From: Fibrobacter succinogenes subsp. succinogenes S85
Lineage (GTDB): Bacteria; Fibrobacterota; Fibrobacteria; Fibrobacterales; Fibrobacteraceae
NCBI RefSeq assembly: GCF_000146505.1
Contig: NC_017448.1
Span: 1,560,001-1,592,000 of the forward strand
Direction: 5' to 3'
DNA length: 32,000 nucleotides
In this document: positions 1 to 9,445 of the stretch, in pieces
Layout: each line of letters starts with the position of its first letter
Position numbering within the stretch: position 1 is the first letter of the stretch
Made by a program: the position numbers and the translations under genes
Notes under the pieces: model-generated
The model's input: the letters and a program-made list of their open reading frames with translations, nothing else
Told to the model about the DNA's origin: nothing
Databases searched by the model: none

Positions 1-7
1 GTCTTCA

Positions 8-1117
8 TTACTTCTTAGCCTTCTGTTGCTGCTTTTCCAAGTTGCGCTTGCTCGTTTCGGTGATGGTCACCATTTCGCCAAGCAAGAACTGATTTTCTTC
101 GGGAATCTTGATGGTCACTTCGCGGCCATAAACCGGGATTTCCGGCATCTTCCACATGCGGGTCGGGAACGGCACGATGCGGCTCGAAAGGCCAACCACT
201 TCGCCAATCACGGCCTTGCCCTTACCGGTAAGAGAGGTGACCTTCACGGCTTCGCCGAGGTTCGTGTTTTCGTAAATCTGTTCGTTGATATAGCCACGGA
301 TAAGCGTCGGGGACTTGTGGGCAAGCGTCACGATCGGGGCAAAGCTAGAGACCTTTTCGCCATCGCGCACGTTCACATCACCGACAACCCAGTTTTCCTT
401 GGCAATCTGAGTGAGTTCCTTCTGCTGTTTGCGGAGTTCGGCAAGTTCCTTGCGGATGTTTGCAGCTTCGGTCTTGCCGCTAGACTTCTGGAGTTTGTTG
501 CTACCACGGAGGAGGGCAATCTGTTCGTTGGCGCTCCTGGTTGCAACTGCAAGTTCGTTCTTGAGGCTCTTGATGCGCATAGCCATGGCATCGTTGCCAT
601 CGGCCTTGGACTTGGAGTTCGAGAGGCTCTTGAGCTTGGCAGAAATAGCCTTGTTGCTTTCGTATTCCGCTTCAAGGTTGCGAATTTCAGCCAAAAGTGT
701 GAGGCGACGAGATTCAAGGTTAGCCTTGACTTCGGCCACCTTCTGGTCGATTTCGGCAGAGCTCAAGTTGCTGCGGCCTTCGAGAGCGTCAAGTTCACGG
801 GTGAGTTCGGCAACGCGGAGCGTGAGGTCCGGACGGTTGATAACCACGATAGTGTCGCCCGGCTTGACTTCCTGGCCCGGAACCACGTAAATCTTGACGA
901 TTTCGGTCGGAGACGGAAGGCTGATAATCGTTTCGCTGGATTCGGCAATGCCACGGAACATGGCCGCCTTGCCCTGGTAAATGAAGCCGAGCATCACGGC
1001 AAACACGACGCATGCCACCCAGGCAATAGAAAGCTTGTGGGTATAGACGTAAGCGACACCCGCATTGTTCTTGTGGGTATTCCAGAAATTGTCGAGAAGA
1101 TCTTCGAGCTTATTCAT
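8..1117 (-). CDS. HlyD-family periplasmic adaptor / membrane-fusion protein
   Basis: 369-aa ORF. It has an N-terminal TM helix (IAWVACVVFAVMLGFIY), a lipoyl-like hairpin (VKPGDTIVVINRPDL), a long coiled coil and a C-terminal beta-barrel region. An AAGGAGG RBS lies 8 nt upstream of the ATG at 1117. The stop TAA (8-10) overlaps an ATG (6-8, minus strand) of a further gene that runs off the window. Confidence 0.8.
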   Translation of the reverse strand: MNKLEDLLDNFWNTHKNNAGVAYVYTHKLSIAWVACVVFAVMLGFIYQGKAAMFRGIAESSETIISLPSPTEIVKIYVVPGQEVKPGDTIVVINRPDLTLRVAELTRELDALEGRSNLSSAEIDQKVAEVKANLESRRLTLLAEIRNLEAEYESNKAISAKLKSLSNSKSKADGNDAMAMRIKSLKNELAVATRSANEQIALLRGSNKLQKSSGKTEAANIRKELAELRKQQKELTQIAKENWVVGDVNVRDGEKVSSFAPIVTLAHKSPTLIRGYINEQIYENTNLGEAVKVTSLTGKGKAVIGEVVGLSSRIVPFPTRMWKMPEIPVYGREVTIKIPEENQFLLGEMVTITETSKRNLEKQQQKAKK

Positions 1118-1130
1118 TTTTCAAACCTCC

Positions 1131-1814
1131 TTACATTTCCGTCGTAGCGTCTTGCATCATGAACTGGACATCCGAAATGCCTTCAACCTTCGAGAGGAGC
1201 GTGAGGATTTCGGCAGCGGGCTTCGTTGCGCGGAGGCGAATCTGGTAAGCGACGTCCAAGCGAGCACCGCCATCGACTTCACGCATCGTAATCAAAATAA
1301 ACGTCTTTAAATTGCCCTTCATGATATCTTCAACCTGGCCACGGACCTTGGGTTCGTTCGGGAGAGCAAAGCGAAGCATGCCGTCAAAGAAGTGCTTGGT
1401 ACCAAGACCCGTGCGAGAAAGCAGGAATGCTACACAGCTGAAAGCGATTGTACCGCCGACTGCGGCACCCCAAGCGTAAACACCGCAACCGATACCGGCG
1501 CCGAGAGCGGCGAAGATGAACATGATATCGCGCGGGTCCTTGAAGCTCGTACGGAAGCGGACCACCGAGAGAGCACCCATCATACCAAGACCACGACCAA
1601 CGTTATCGCCGATAGCCTGCATCACCATGGCAGCGACCACGGCACTAAGCACAATGCCCTGCACAAAATTTCGCGAGTACGAAAGTCCGAGGAACGTCTT
1701 TTCGTAAGTCCATGCAATCGTCGAAGACAGGACGAACGCGAGAATCAAGGTGTATGCAAGCGTAATAATCGTTGCGTTTGTTGAGCTGGACTGGACAGCA
1801 AGAAGGTCAAGCAT
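1131..1814 (-). CDS. DUF4956-family integral membrane protein
   Basis: Multi-TM protein with the signature GALSVVRFRTSFKDPRDIMFIFAALGAGIGCG, which I recall as DUF4956. I prefer the ATG at 1814 (GGAG RBS 5 nt upstream) over the TTG at 1859 used by the ORF track. Confidence 0.7.
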   Translation of the reverse strand: MLDLLAVQSSSTNATIITLAYTLILAFVLSSTIAWTYEKTFLGLSYSRNFVQGIVLSAVVAAMVMQAIGDNVGRGLGMMGALSVVRFRTSFKDPRDIMFIFAALGAGIGCGVYAWGAAVGGTIAFSCVAFLLSRTGLGTKHFFDGMLRFALPNEPKVRGQVEDIMKGNLKTFILITMREVDGGARLDVAYQIRLRATKPAAEILTLLSKVEGISDVQFMMQDATTEM

Positions 1815-2108
1815 AATAACTCCGTTAATTAATTCTTTTTTATGGCCCGTTTTTTCCAAAATCTACTTAAAAACAAGCCTATCACACTCGCAATTTTGTA
1901 AATAATGGACTAACAAAAAAATTACAATCCGCTTTTTTATTACGGATTTGGGCGAATATCACCCAATTTTTTTATTCCAGGCTGTAGAACCCACGCTAAA
2001 AATAATAAAACTAGTTTTTTCGTTCTTGAAAAAAATAATTACATGTTGGTTACCACAACAACGCATTGAGGAAACCGCAACGTATGTTTATTTTCGGTAA
2101 CATAAATT

Positions 2109-2155
2109 AGACGAGAGAACGGGACTTCGCCCCTACAGACGAGAGACGAAAGAGG
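2109..2155. repeat. Purine-rich AGACGAGAGA-type direct repeat (intergenic copy)
   Basis: AGACGAGAGA at 2109-2118 and AGACGAGAGACGAAAGAGG at 2137-2155. The same words recur at 23628-23658. Confidence 0.6.
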
Positions 2156-2236
2156 TATTCCATGACAAAAAAGTCCTCGCGGAGCGAAAACTTTCAGTTT
2201 GGAGCTTTTTCTGTTTTATGTTTTTTACAATTCGAT

Positions 2237-4774
2237 TTATCGGATAGAAATAGCCCTAATTTCATTCCCGTAACGGACTAAGAACCTTCCTGCACTGGGA
2301 AAATCGATATTCATCAAAGATTCCGTACGCAACTTGCGAAGAACTCTCCCCTGGACATCCATCACGAGGAGTGTCTTGCCCGGCATTAGCCCTGACATGG
2401 CGACAACGTTTCCACTTACGGCAATACGCCAAGTGCTTTTCGGCAATATTTTCGGAAGAGCAATTTTATTATTAACGACCGAGGCAATAACCAGATGCTC
2501 TACAAGGCCATCACAATACGAGTCGTTTACTTCTACATTAAAGATTTTTGCATCCCTTTGAACAGATTTAAACAGTCCCCCATATTTGTACGCATCATAC
2601 GATTCATACCCATCACCGGACTTTAGGTACAAACCAGAAATGGAATGTCCATTCCCCAGAAATGTTCCTTCAAAATACGCTATCGGTCTCCAAACAAAAT
2701 AACTATTTGTATCAAGATTCAGTTTAGAATCCTTTATCATGTTTTCATTGACAACAATATCGTTCTGAAGAGACGCACACCATTTTCTGTCGGCGGATTG
2801 TTCAATCCAATACAATTCCTCTTTTGAGGTAACTAGATAACACCCTGTTGAATCTTTTAATGGTTTTTGCGGAACAGGAATCCACTGTGCATAATAATCT
2901 CTATTAGTAGGCGGTTCCGGCCAAGTCGGATTCGCCCATTCATAAGGTTTTTCTTCCCGCCAAGACAAAAATACGGCACCCTCACGAGTTGGATCTTTTA
3001 CTTTGGGGCTTTCGAGAACCGTATAAGTTGTCGGGTTATCGTGATGATTTACACCACCAACTAGGTGATACGTAATCGTATATACGACAGGTTTCCACTT
3101 GACATACACGGTGATATCATCTGTATTATCTTCAGGAATTTCTTTAATTTCTTTCGTGAAGAGAGAATCCACATACCAGCCGTCAAAAGTATATCCATCA
3201 GAATACGCCTTTTCTAAAACAAACGTTGATGAATCCGTTGACCATTCAATTTTACACGAACCATAACAGTATTGTTTGTCATAAGAGCCACGATACAGTC
3301 CCATCTCTAAAGTGATAATAAAACGGCTTTTCCATTTCGCATACAAGATTCTATCATCGAGATTCCTTGTATCTATGGAATCCACTTTATTTGTAAAGGC
3401 GCTATCCAAAAACCAACCTTCAAACACATCGTTCGCCTTATGCGGTTCACTTAAAGCGATCGGCTTGTCGCCAACCGTAAAATAACGAGGATTCTTTTCA
3501 TTGTTCTCGCCGCCATTCAAAACATAACGAATTTCGACCTTTACCCCATCGAAAACGGGATGCGGATCCGTACCGATTTTTTGAGTCCATCGCAAATCGT
3601 CATTCTTAGACAAAATATTCAACGCCGTTCCATCAGCAAATTGTTCTTTGCTTAGCGAAGTCGCTTTTGAAACAGAAGTATCCTTGGAATCCATGCACAG
3701 GGCGTTTTCTATCACAAAAACAGAATCACCCGCAGAGCAAACAGGTTCCTTTACAGCAACGATGCAGTCCGATTTCAAGCCCTGCAGTTTTCCGAGAAAA
3801 AAGACATTATTCAAAACAGCTTGATTCATGCTAGCAGCGATTCCACCAACAGTTCCACCTTCGACAATGCCTAAACTATAAGCGTTCTCAATCGAAGACG
3901 CATTGGAGCGTTTTCTATCCAGAACATGAACATAGTCCGCCGATATTGCTGGAGCAGTCAAAAGACAATTTTCACTTATAACTTCTTTTCCAACCAAGCC
4001 CCCTGCATATTGAGTTCCATGAACAGACGCTTCAGAATAAACATTATATATCCAAGTTTCCCAATCAACCGTTCCGACTAAGCCGCCAGCCGTATTCGCA
4101 GAAAAATAGGAGTCTTTGATTCCCAAATTTCTCACGACACTTCTGCGTTCCAAAAAATCAAACAAGCCCCCTTCGCCTCTCAAGCCCGATATTGAAAAAC
4201 CATTGCCATCAAACGTTCCAAAGAAGTTCAAACTCGGCCACCACACATAATCATCTAAAGATAGATTCCCTTCTGCATCCAAAAGGTTCTTGTTCACAAC
4301 AATGTCATTTTGGAGAGAGACACACACGGGATCAACGATAGAATACCGGCCATCAACATAAAAAACATCTCTAAGTCCATAAAGTTCCTCGGCAGAGTGG
4401 ATTAAATAACAGCCGCGTTCATCTATTTGCGGCGTTTTGGGAACAAGTCCCCATCTTGCCGAGACCGTAAAGTCACCGAGAATATGAGAAATATATGATT
4501 CCGGATCCCCTTTAAAAGAACGCTCAAAATTCCAATTCGGGCTAACAGTGCATGCACTAGCAGACTCGATATACCATCCCAAAAAAGCATAGCCTTCACG
4601 TGTAGCAGGCTTTAATTCGATTTTTTTAGTGATTTCATTGCCATAGCTTGTTGGATTATCCGGATGATTCGTTCCACCATTCAATATGTACGTGATGGTT
4701 CTAGCATCAGCAAAAGAGGTCACCAATACCAAACAAATAAACAGCACCCAAATTCTACGGAAGCAGCACAACAT
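2237..4774 (-). CDS. Secreted surface protein with Listeria-Bacteroides (Flg_new) repeats, GLUG-like motifs and a T9SS-type C-terminal domain
   Basis: 845-aa ORF with a signal peptide (LFICLVLVTSFADA). Four Flg_new-type repeats are visible (ITYILNGGTNHPDNPTSY..GYAFLGWY; IRYVLNGGENNEKNPRYF..FEGWF; ..YTFDGWY; YTITYHLVGGVNHHDNPTTY). GLUG-like motifs are present (AGGLVG, YAGGLVG, VGGIAA). The C-terminal ~70 aa (LLVMDVQGRVL...GRFLVRYGNEIRAISIR) resembles a T9SS sorting domain. Confidence 0.85.
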   Translation of the reverse strand: MLCCFRRIWVLFICLVLVTSFADARTITYILNGGTNHPDNPTSYGNEITKKIELKPATREGYAFLGWYIESASACTVSPNWNFERSFKGDPESYISHILGDFTVSARWGLVPKTPQIDERGCYLIHSAEELYGLRDVFYVDGRYSIVDPVCVSLQNDIVVNKNLLDAEGNLSLDDYVWWPSLNFFGTFDGNGFSISGLRGEGGLFDFLERRSVVRNLGIKDSYFSANTAGGLVGTVDWETWIYNVYSEASVHGTQYAGGLVGKEVISENCLLTAPAISADYVHVLDRKRSNASSIENAYSLGIVEGGTVGGIAASMNQAVLNNVFFLGKLQGLKSDCIVAVKEPVCSAGDSVFVIENALCMDSKDTSVSKATSLSKEQFADGTALNILSKNDDLRWTQKIGTDPHPVFDGVKVEIRYVLNGGENNEKNPRYFTVGDKPIALSEPHKANDVFEGWFLDSAFTNKVDSIDTRNLDDRILYAKWKSRFIITLEMGLYRGSYDKQYCYGSCKIEWSTDSSTFVLEKAYSDGYTFDGWYVDSLFTKEIKEIPEDNTDDITVYVKWKPVVYTITYHLVGGVNHHDNPTTYTVLESPKVKDPTREGAVFLSWREEKPYEWANPTWPEPPTNRDYYAQWIPVPQKPLKDSTGCYLVTSKEELYWIEQSADRKWCASLQNDIVVNENMIKDSKLNLDTNSYFVWRPIAYFEGTFLGNGHSISGLYLKSGDGYESYDAYKYGGLFKSVQRDAKIFNVEVNDSYCDGLVEHLVIASVVNNKIALPKILPKSTWRIAVSGNVVAMSGLMPGKTLLVMDVQGRVLRKLRTESLMNIDFPSAGRFLVRYGNEIRAISIR

Positions 4775-4862
4775 AAAGACACTCCTTCATTTTAATAATA
4801 TACACAAATAAACATGCGAAAAAATTTAAGTGCAATTTTTTTACATGCAATGTAACTAGGAA

Positions 4863-4892
4863 TACGAAAAAGTCCCCGCAGACGCGAGGACT
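4863..4892 (-). terminator. Rho-independent terminator downstream of the GH127-like gene
   Basis: Minus strand reads AGTCCTCGC-GTCT-GCGGGGACT followed by TTTTTCG. The stem is 9 bp with one mismatch. Confidence 0.7.
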
Positions 4893-4920
4893 TATTGGAG
4901 AGGAGTGTACTATTTAGTAT

Positions 4921-7614
4921 TTAAAGCCCGTTTTTGTTGAATAGCGTGTAGCCGCGAACAAGGCCATCTTGGAAGAGGCGTACGACGTAGTTACCGTTCT
5001 TGAGGCCCGCAATATCAACATTAAACTCGCTTGCGCCTGCGGGGAGCATTTGCGTGAGTTTCAGGCGCCCGTCCATGGAATAAATTTTTACGTTCATCGT
5101 GCGGGCAAGAACGCTCGGAGATGCGATTTGGAGCGTTTGTCGGTCAGCACGCACGCGGAGGCCTTGTTTTGCGGCAGCGACCGACTTGATGCTTATCGGC
5201 GGATCTTCTACGACGGGCTTTGGCTTGTTGCGGAGGAGACGCACGCTATAGATGCCGCCCACCATTCCGGAACTTGCCGTAAACGAGATGCGCACGATTT
5301 TTTTGCCCTTAATCATCTTGTCCGGAATCGGGTATGTGACGTTCACGAATTCATCTTTTTTCCAGCGGTTCGAAATCGTTTCGGTCGTTAGCTTTTCATC
5401 GTCAATCGTGATGTCGAATGTACGAGTGCATCCTTCGTTTCCCCAGTAGCGCACCATGAGACTCAAGGAATCTTCGCTATTCGTCTCGAATTCGTAGCTG
5501 ATGAGGCCGCCATCGCCGCCGGAGCACTTACCAGCATCGCGGTAGAATTCACCTTGGTGCGTGCCGGAAGTGGAATTTTCGATTTTCATCTTATGGTCTA
5601 CTTCTGGCTGCTGCTCGCCCGGAGCGACCTTATCGACAGTCTTTTCGTCAAGCGCCAAGGCTTCTTTTTGCTCTTTTTCAAGGCGATCGAGAATGCTCGG
5701 GTCCGTAAGCACCATCCAGTACATCATGTAACGGGCGTCATGCACTTCGTAGAAGGGCTGCAAAAGCAGGTTTGCGTCTTTTTGCTTTGCGAAGAGGTAA
5801 GGCGCCTTGAAGTGCAGCGGTTCGCCTTTCACCGGTTCCACCTTCGAGGGGATATCTTCTTTTTTGCTCGCAAGCATCGGTGCCTGATCCAGCGATTCCA
5901 ACGCACCGGAGGCAATGTGGCTCCAGCGACCATCATCGGCGACAAGGCCGTTCAGGTTAGCCGTACCTGTCTTTGCCGAGAGCACAATCGGACCGTGCAA
6001 AAGCGCCACGTAATCGGTCACGCCCGGCAAATCCTCGACGTGCGTGTACATCGGGTAAAGCACTTCGACAACATCGCCAGACTTCCAGGACTTCCCTGCC
6101 GAAACATAGCTCGACGGCGTAGACTTTTTCACAACGGTATCGCCATTGACAATGACCTTGAATGCACCTTCCTTGACCCAGTACGGATGGCGAATCTGCA
6201 TGTCAAATTCACCGCTACCGGTAATCGTGAACTTGGAACTTTCGCCCTTCGGGAAGGCGGTCTCCTGCTTGATTTTGACGCTCTTGTCTTTCCAATTCAA
6301 TATGGATGCGGCAAAGAGGTTCACGTAGAGAGCGTCCTTGTCTTTCGTATAAATAAACTGGTTGTACTTTGCCGGGTTTTCCATGCCCGAACCCACGCAG
6401 CACCACATACCCGCATTAACCTTGGAATACACGCGGTAATGGCGCGGACGAGCCGGAGTGAAGTAGACATAGCCGCCATGCGTCGGGTGGATTGTTGAAA
6501 GGATGTGATTGAAGAGGGCGCGTTCGTAGAAGTCGGTGTAATGCGCATCGTGCTTGATGTTGAACAGACGTTCCGTCAACTTGAGCATGTTGTACGTATT
6601 ACAGGATTCTGGTCCTTCACGTTCTTCGATGAATTTTTTGTGATTGTTGAGCGCCGGGAAATGTTCCGAAATGCTGTTGCCGCCAATGGCGATACTGCGT
6701 TTGTTCACGACCGTCTGCCAGAAGAAATCGGAACCTTTCTTGTACTTTTCATCGCCAGAGAGTTCCGCAATTCGCGCGAAGCCCACAACTTTCGGCACCT
6801 GCGTATTCGCATGCACGTTCGTCAAGTTGTCATTGCCTTGCGACATCGGATTCAAAAGCCACTGGTGCGACCACTTCTTTGCGGCATTCAAATACTTTTC
6901 GTCTTTCGTGAGTTTGTAAGCGTCGGCATAGACTTCGGGCATGCCGCCATGTTCCGTACCGAGCATCTGTTGCATCTTGGAATCGTTCAGGCCGTTCGTA
7001 ATCGTGATGCCCCAGTCGCAAAGAGCTAAAAACATCGTCTTTGCCTGTTCATAGCCCGCATAAACATAAGCGTCGCGCAAGCCCGCATAAAGCTTGTGGA
7101 TATTGTACCACGGCACCCAATAGCCGTTTTGTGCGCCAGCATCGCCATTCTTCATCTTGAGCCACATTTGCTTGCCATTCGGCACGCCGCTAATGTAACC
7201 CTTGAAGTTATTGTCCTTGGAATTCTGGTCCTGAATCGTCTTGAGTTCTTTCAAGATGTATTCGAGGCGTTCCTTGACCTGAACGTCATCATTATCGGCG
7301 TAATGCATCGCCAAGGCGCTCAGGTAATGTCCAAGCACGTGGCCATCAAGACCCGCCCAGTTCGGGAACTTGCTTGCCTTAGGCTTCATACCCGCTTCTT
7401 CGTAAAAAGGCGCGAGCAATCGGTCCACATCGTAGCTGAGGAGCGTTTCGACGTTCAAGTCCTGGCGTTCCTTTAAAACGCCATCCAAAAGCTGCACATC
7501 CGACAACGCGAACATGTCGGGGTAAAGCACATCCTGTGAAAATCCGAGACCGCACGCAAGCCCCGTCAAAGCGAGCGCCGTGCGAAATTGTTTACCAAAC
7601 CATCCTAACTTCAT
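4921..7614 (-). CDS. GH127-like (DUF1680) beta-L-arabinofuranosidase-family hydrolase with CBM-like and T9SS-type C-terminal domains
   Basis: Signal peptide (ALALTGLACGLGFSQD). DUF1680-like blocks are present: GHYLSALAMHY, WVPWYNIHKLYAGLRDAY, HANTQVPK. ESCNTY and MWCCVGSGMENP match the Glu-x-Cys and Cys-Cys zinc/nucleophile motifs known for HypBA1-type GH127. The C-terminal tail (VKIYSMDGRL...GLKNGNYVVRL) is T9SS-CTD-like. I prefer the ATG at 7614 (AGGTGG RBS) over the GTG at 7623. Confidence 0.8.
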   Translation of the reverse strand: MKLGWFGKQFRTALALTGLACGLGFSQDVLYPDMFALSDVQLLDGVLKERQDLNVETLLSYDVDRLLAPFYEEAGMKPKASKFPNWAGLDGHVLGHYLSALAMHYADNDDVQVKERLEYILKELKTIQDQNSKDNNFKGYISGVPNGKQMWLKMKNGDAGAQNGYWVPWYNIHKLYAGLRDAYVYAGYEQAKTMFLALCDWGITITNGLNDSKMQQMLGTEHGGMPEVYADAYKLTKDEKYLNAAKKWSHQWLLNPMSQGNDNLTNVHANTQVPKVVGFARIAELSGDEKYKKGSDFFWQTVVNKRSIAIGGNSISEHFPALNNHKKFIEEREGPESCNTYNMLKLTERLFNIKHDAHYTDFYERALFNHILSTIHPTHGGYVYFTPARPRHYRVYSKVNAGMWCCVGSGMENPAKYNQFIYTKDKDALYVNLFAASILNWKDKSVKIKQETAFPKGESSKFTITGSGEFDMQIRHPYWVKEGAFKVIVNGDTVVKKSTPSSYVSAGKSWKSGDVVEVLYPMYTHVEDLPGVTDYVALLHGPIVLSAKTGTANLNGLVADDGRWSHIASGALESLDQAPMLASKKEDIPSKVEPVKGEPLHFKAPYLFAKQKDANLLLQPFYEVHDARYMMYWMVLTDPSILDRLEKEQKEALALDEKTVDKVAPGEQQPEVDHKMKIENSTSGTHQGEFYRDAGKCSGGDGGLISYEFETNSEDSLSLMVRYWGNEGCTRTFDITIDDEKLTTETISNRWKKDEFVNVTYPIPDKMIKGKKIVRISFTASSGMVGGIYSVRLLRNKPKPVVEDPPISIKSVAAAKQGLRVRADRQTLQIASPSVLARTMNVKIYSMDGRLKLTQMLPAGASEFNVDIAGLKNGNYVVRLFQDGLVRGYTLFNKNGL

Positions 7615-7740
7615 AAGAGCCACCTTTTTCTAAAGTGAGTCACGGGAACGCGCGGTTCCTTCCCTACCCTAGAAAATAGATTGGATAACGAGCGTTAGGA
7701 ATGGGGCTTTGGCAATTAGTTTTGCTGATTTGACAAAGGG

Positions 7741-8436
7741 CTAAATCCCAAAAGAATCGATTTGAACACTATTGTCGCCACAATTCGTTTTGGATTCCGT
7801 GGTAAAATCGTCCAAGAGGGTGTCAAATACGGCAGTTTCGTCGACATAGGCACAATAGGCTTCGAGAGTACCGTTGTCGTCGCAAGCGCCACTGAGTTCA
7901 TCATTTACACTCTGGAGCAAGCAAAGCTTTTTGAACTGTTCAAAGAGTTCATCGCAACCGCTGCCAAATTTTTCCAGCTTTATACTTCTTTCCACACGAT
8001 TGTTTTGCCCAATCTTAAACTGGGAAGAATAATTTTTCTCGTCAATTACACAAGATGCCGAGGCGCCCTTTTCTTCGGAGTACACCGCAATCGATCCTTC
8101 GGCTTTTTCATCAGCACTCACCGACACACGAACAATCGTATACTTAGTCGTTGCTTCTTTTTGAAACGTGACCGTGTAAAGTTCTTCTTTTTCTAAAGAA
8201 ACAGGACGGCCTTGTTTGACAACAAAGACACCATCATTCGCAGGCATTTCGATATAGATTTTATCATCCGAACGGGAAGCACCACTAGAGGGAATTGAAG
8301 AGCTGCTTGAAGAGCCATCGTTTTCGGCAATTTGCGGATTCGCATTCGGGTCCACCGTTCCGGTAGCGTAGTTGTCACCGGAGCATGCTACAAAAGCGAG
8401 CAAAGAAAACGTAATCAAGTATAAATTCTTAAGCAT
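7741..8436 (-). CDS. Hypothetical lipoprotein
   Basis: 231-aa ORF with a lipoprotein signal (LITFSLLAFVAC-S), a Ser-rich linker (SSSSSSIPSSGAS) and several cysteines in the C-terminal half. Its start overlaps the stop of the upstream TIGR02147 gene by 8 nt. Confidence 0.7.
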   Translation of the reverse strand: MLKNLYLITFSLLAFVACSGDNYATGTVDPNANPQIAENDGSSSSSSIPSSGASRSDDKIYIEMPANDGVFVVKQGRPVSLEKEELYTVTFQKEATTKYTIVRVSVSADEKAEGSIAVYSEEKGASASCVIDEKNYSSQFKIGQNNRVERSIKLEKFGSGCDELFEQFKKLCLLQSVNDELSGACDDNGTLEAYCAYVDETAVFDTLLDDFTTESKTNCGDNSVQIDSFGI

Positions 8437-9262
8437 GGCTCTTCCCCGTTACTTTATCGGTGAGTGGGAAAAATTGAAAATTAATTCGGCAGACTTGATC
8501 AAAGTTACAACTTTCATTTGCAATGGCAACGACCTTTTTGCAACACGCCTTGATTTCTTCAACAATTTTATTGTAGGCATCCTGATTGACGCTAAGCGTA
8601 GCACCGTTAAAAAAGCGTTCGCTTGTAGAATAGCGGTCTACAGCACGGGCAGCCATGATGGCCATTTCTTTATGCATAGCGCGGATAGCGATAGGGAGCG
8701 CTTCTTTGGAACCGACAACGGTCTGTTCCGTTTGCACATATTTTTTCTCGCCTTCCTTTTTGAGGAAGCCCGCCTTGACGAGAAAGTCCAAAACATCGCG
8801 GATTTCTTCGGCAGAGACGTATTCCTTGCATTCTTCGGCGAGGTCGCGAGGCGTTGCGCCAGGCATCATCGGAGCAAGCTCACGAATGACCGGGTATTTC
8901 CAGGATTCGTAATACTGGAACGCATCCTTTTCAACAACGCGGACCTGATGCTCCAAGGCTATCCGCTGCATTTCGAGAAATGCGGTACGCTGCGATTCGT
9001 TATTTTCGGCATTACCAAAAGCGACAAGCTGGTAGAAGTATTCTTCTTCGTAATCAACGAGGCCCATTGATTTTGCCACCTGACTTGCCTTGATTTTGCT
9101 GAGCTTGCTTTGCCCCATGGAGACGAGTTTTAAGAAATTTGGGGATGAAAAGCCCGCCTTGCGGCAAAATTCACGCCACGAGAACGCTCCGAGACGTTTG
9201 CGTTCGTCGTAATAATCCTGCAAATAGAGATGGTAATCGCGGTACTCGAAAATAGACTTCAT
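8429..9262 (-). CDS. TIGR02147-family protein (Fibrobacter paralogous family, putative HTH DNA-binding)
   Basis: 277 aa. The N-terminus MKSIFEYRDYHLYLQDYYDERKRLGAFSWREFCRKAGFSSPNFLKLV matches my recollection of the TIGR02147 family. A sigma70-like TTGACT-N17-TATTTT lies immediately upstream (9270-9298, minus strand). Confidence 0.7.
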   Translation of the reverse strand: MKSIFEYRDYHLYLQDYYDERKRLGAFSWREFCRKAGFSSPNFLKLVSMGQSKLSKIKASQVAKSMGLVDYEEEYFYQLVAFGNAENNESQRTAFLEMQRIALEHQVRVVEKDAFQYYESWKYPVIRELAPMMPGATPRDLAEECKEYVSAEEIRDVLDFLVKAGFLKKEGEKKYVQTEQTVVGSKEALPIAIRAMHKEMAIMAARAVDRYSTSERFFNGATLSVNQDAYNKIVEEIKACCKKVVAIANESCNFDQVCRINFQFFPLTDKVTGKSHA

Positions 9263-9398
9263 GGGTTTTAAAATAAATTTTTACAATACAGAAGTCAATA
9301 TTTGTATTATACGGGAAAAGCATTTTCAAGTTATAAAAGAGATATTTTTCCAAGAAAACAAGCTTTCAAAATCTATATAATACACCTTGTATAATAGA

Positions 9399-9428
9399 GA
9401 AAGGACGGCAAAACACCGTCCCTTTTAA
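9399..9428 (-). terminator. Probable terminator hairpin downstream of the small Rpn-C-like ORF
   Basis: GGGACGG-UGUUUUG-CCGUCC stem-loop on the minus strand, followed by a U-rich UUUCUCUAUUAU tract. One base is bulged. Confidence 0.45.
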
Positions 9429-9445
9429 AGAAGAGGAACACAACG

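Noticed and set aside
2161-2200. A terminator for the Flg_new gene near CGCTCCGCGAGGAC-TTTTTTG.
   Set aside because: Only 3-4 bp stems can be drawn, which is too weak to annotate even though the T-run is present.
7624-7660. Partial resemblance to the 31-nt motif upstream of the GH127-like gene (CGTGACTCACTTTAGAAAAAGGTGGC), and a weaker one upstream of the GH5 gene (TGTGACATCGCCTTTTTG, about 12115-12135).
   Set aside because: The box spacing is 2 nt shorter, or interrupted. The right box is GGTGGC, which is simply the RBS, and GGTGTT is absent. I do not count these as copies, but they are a reason to test genome-wide whether the GTGAC..CTTT left box is a more general element.
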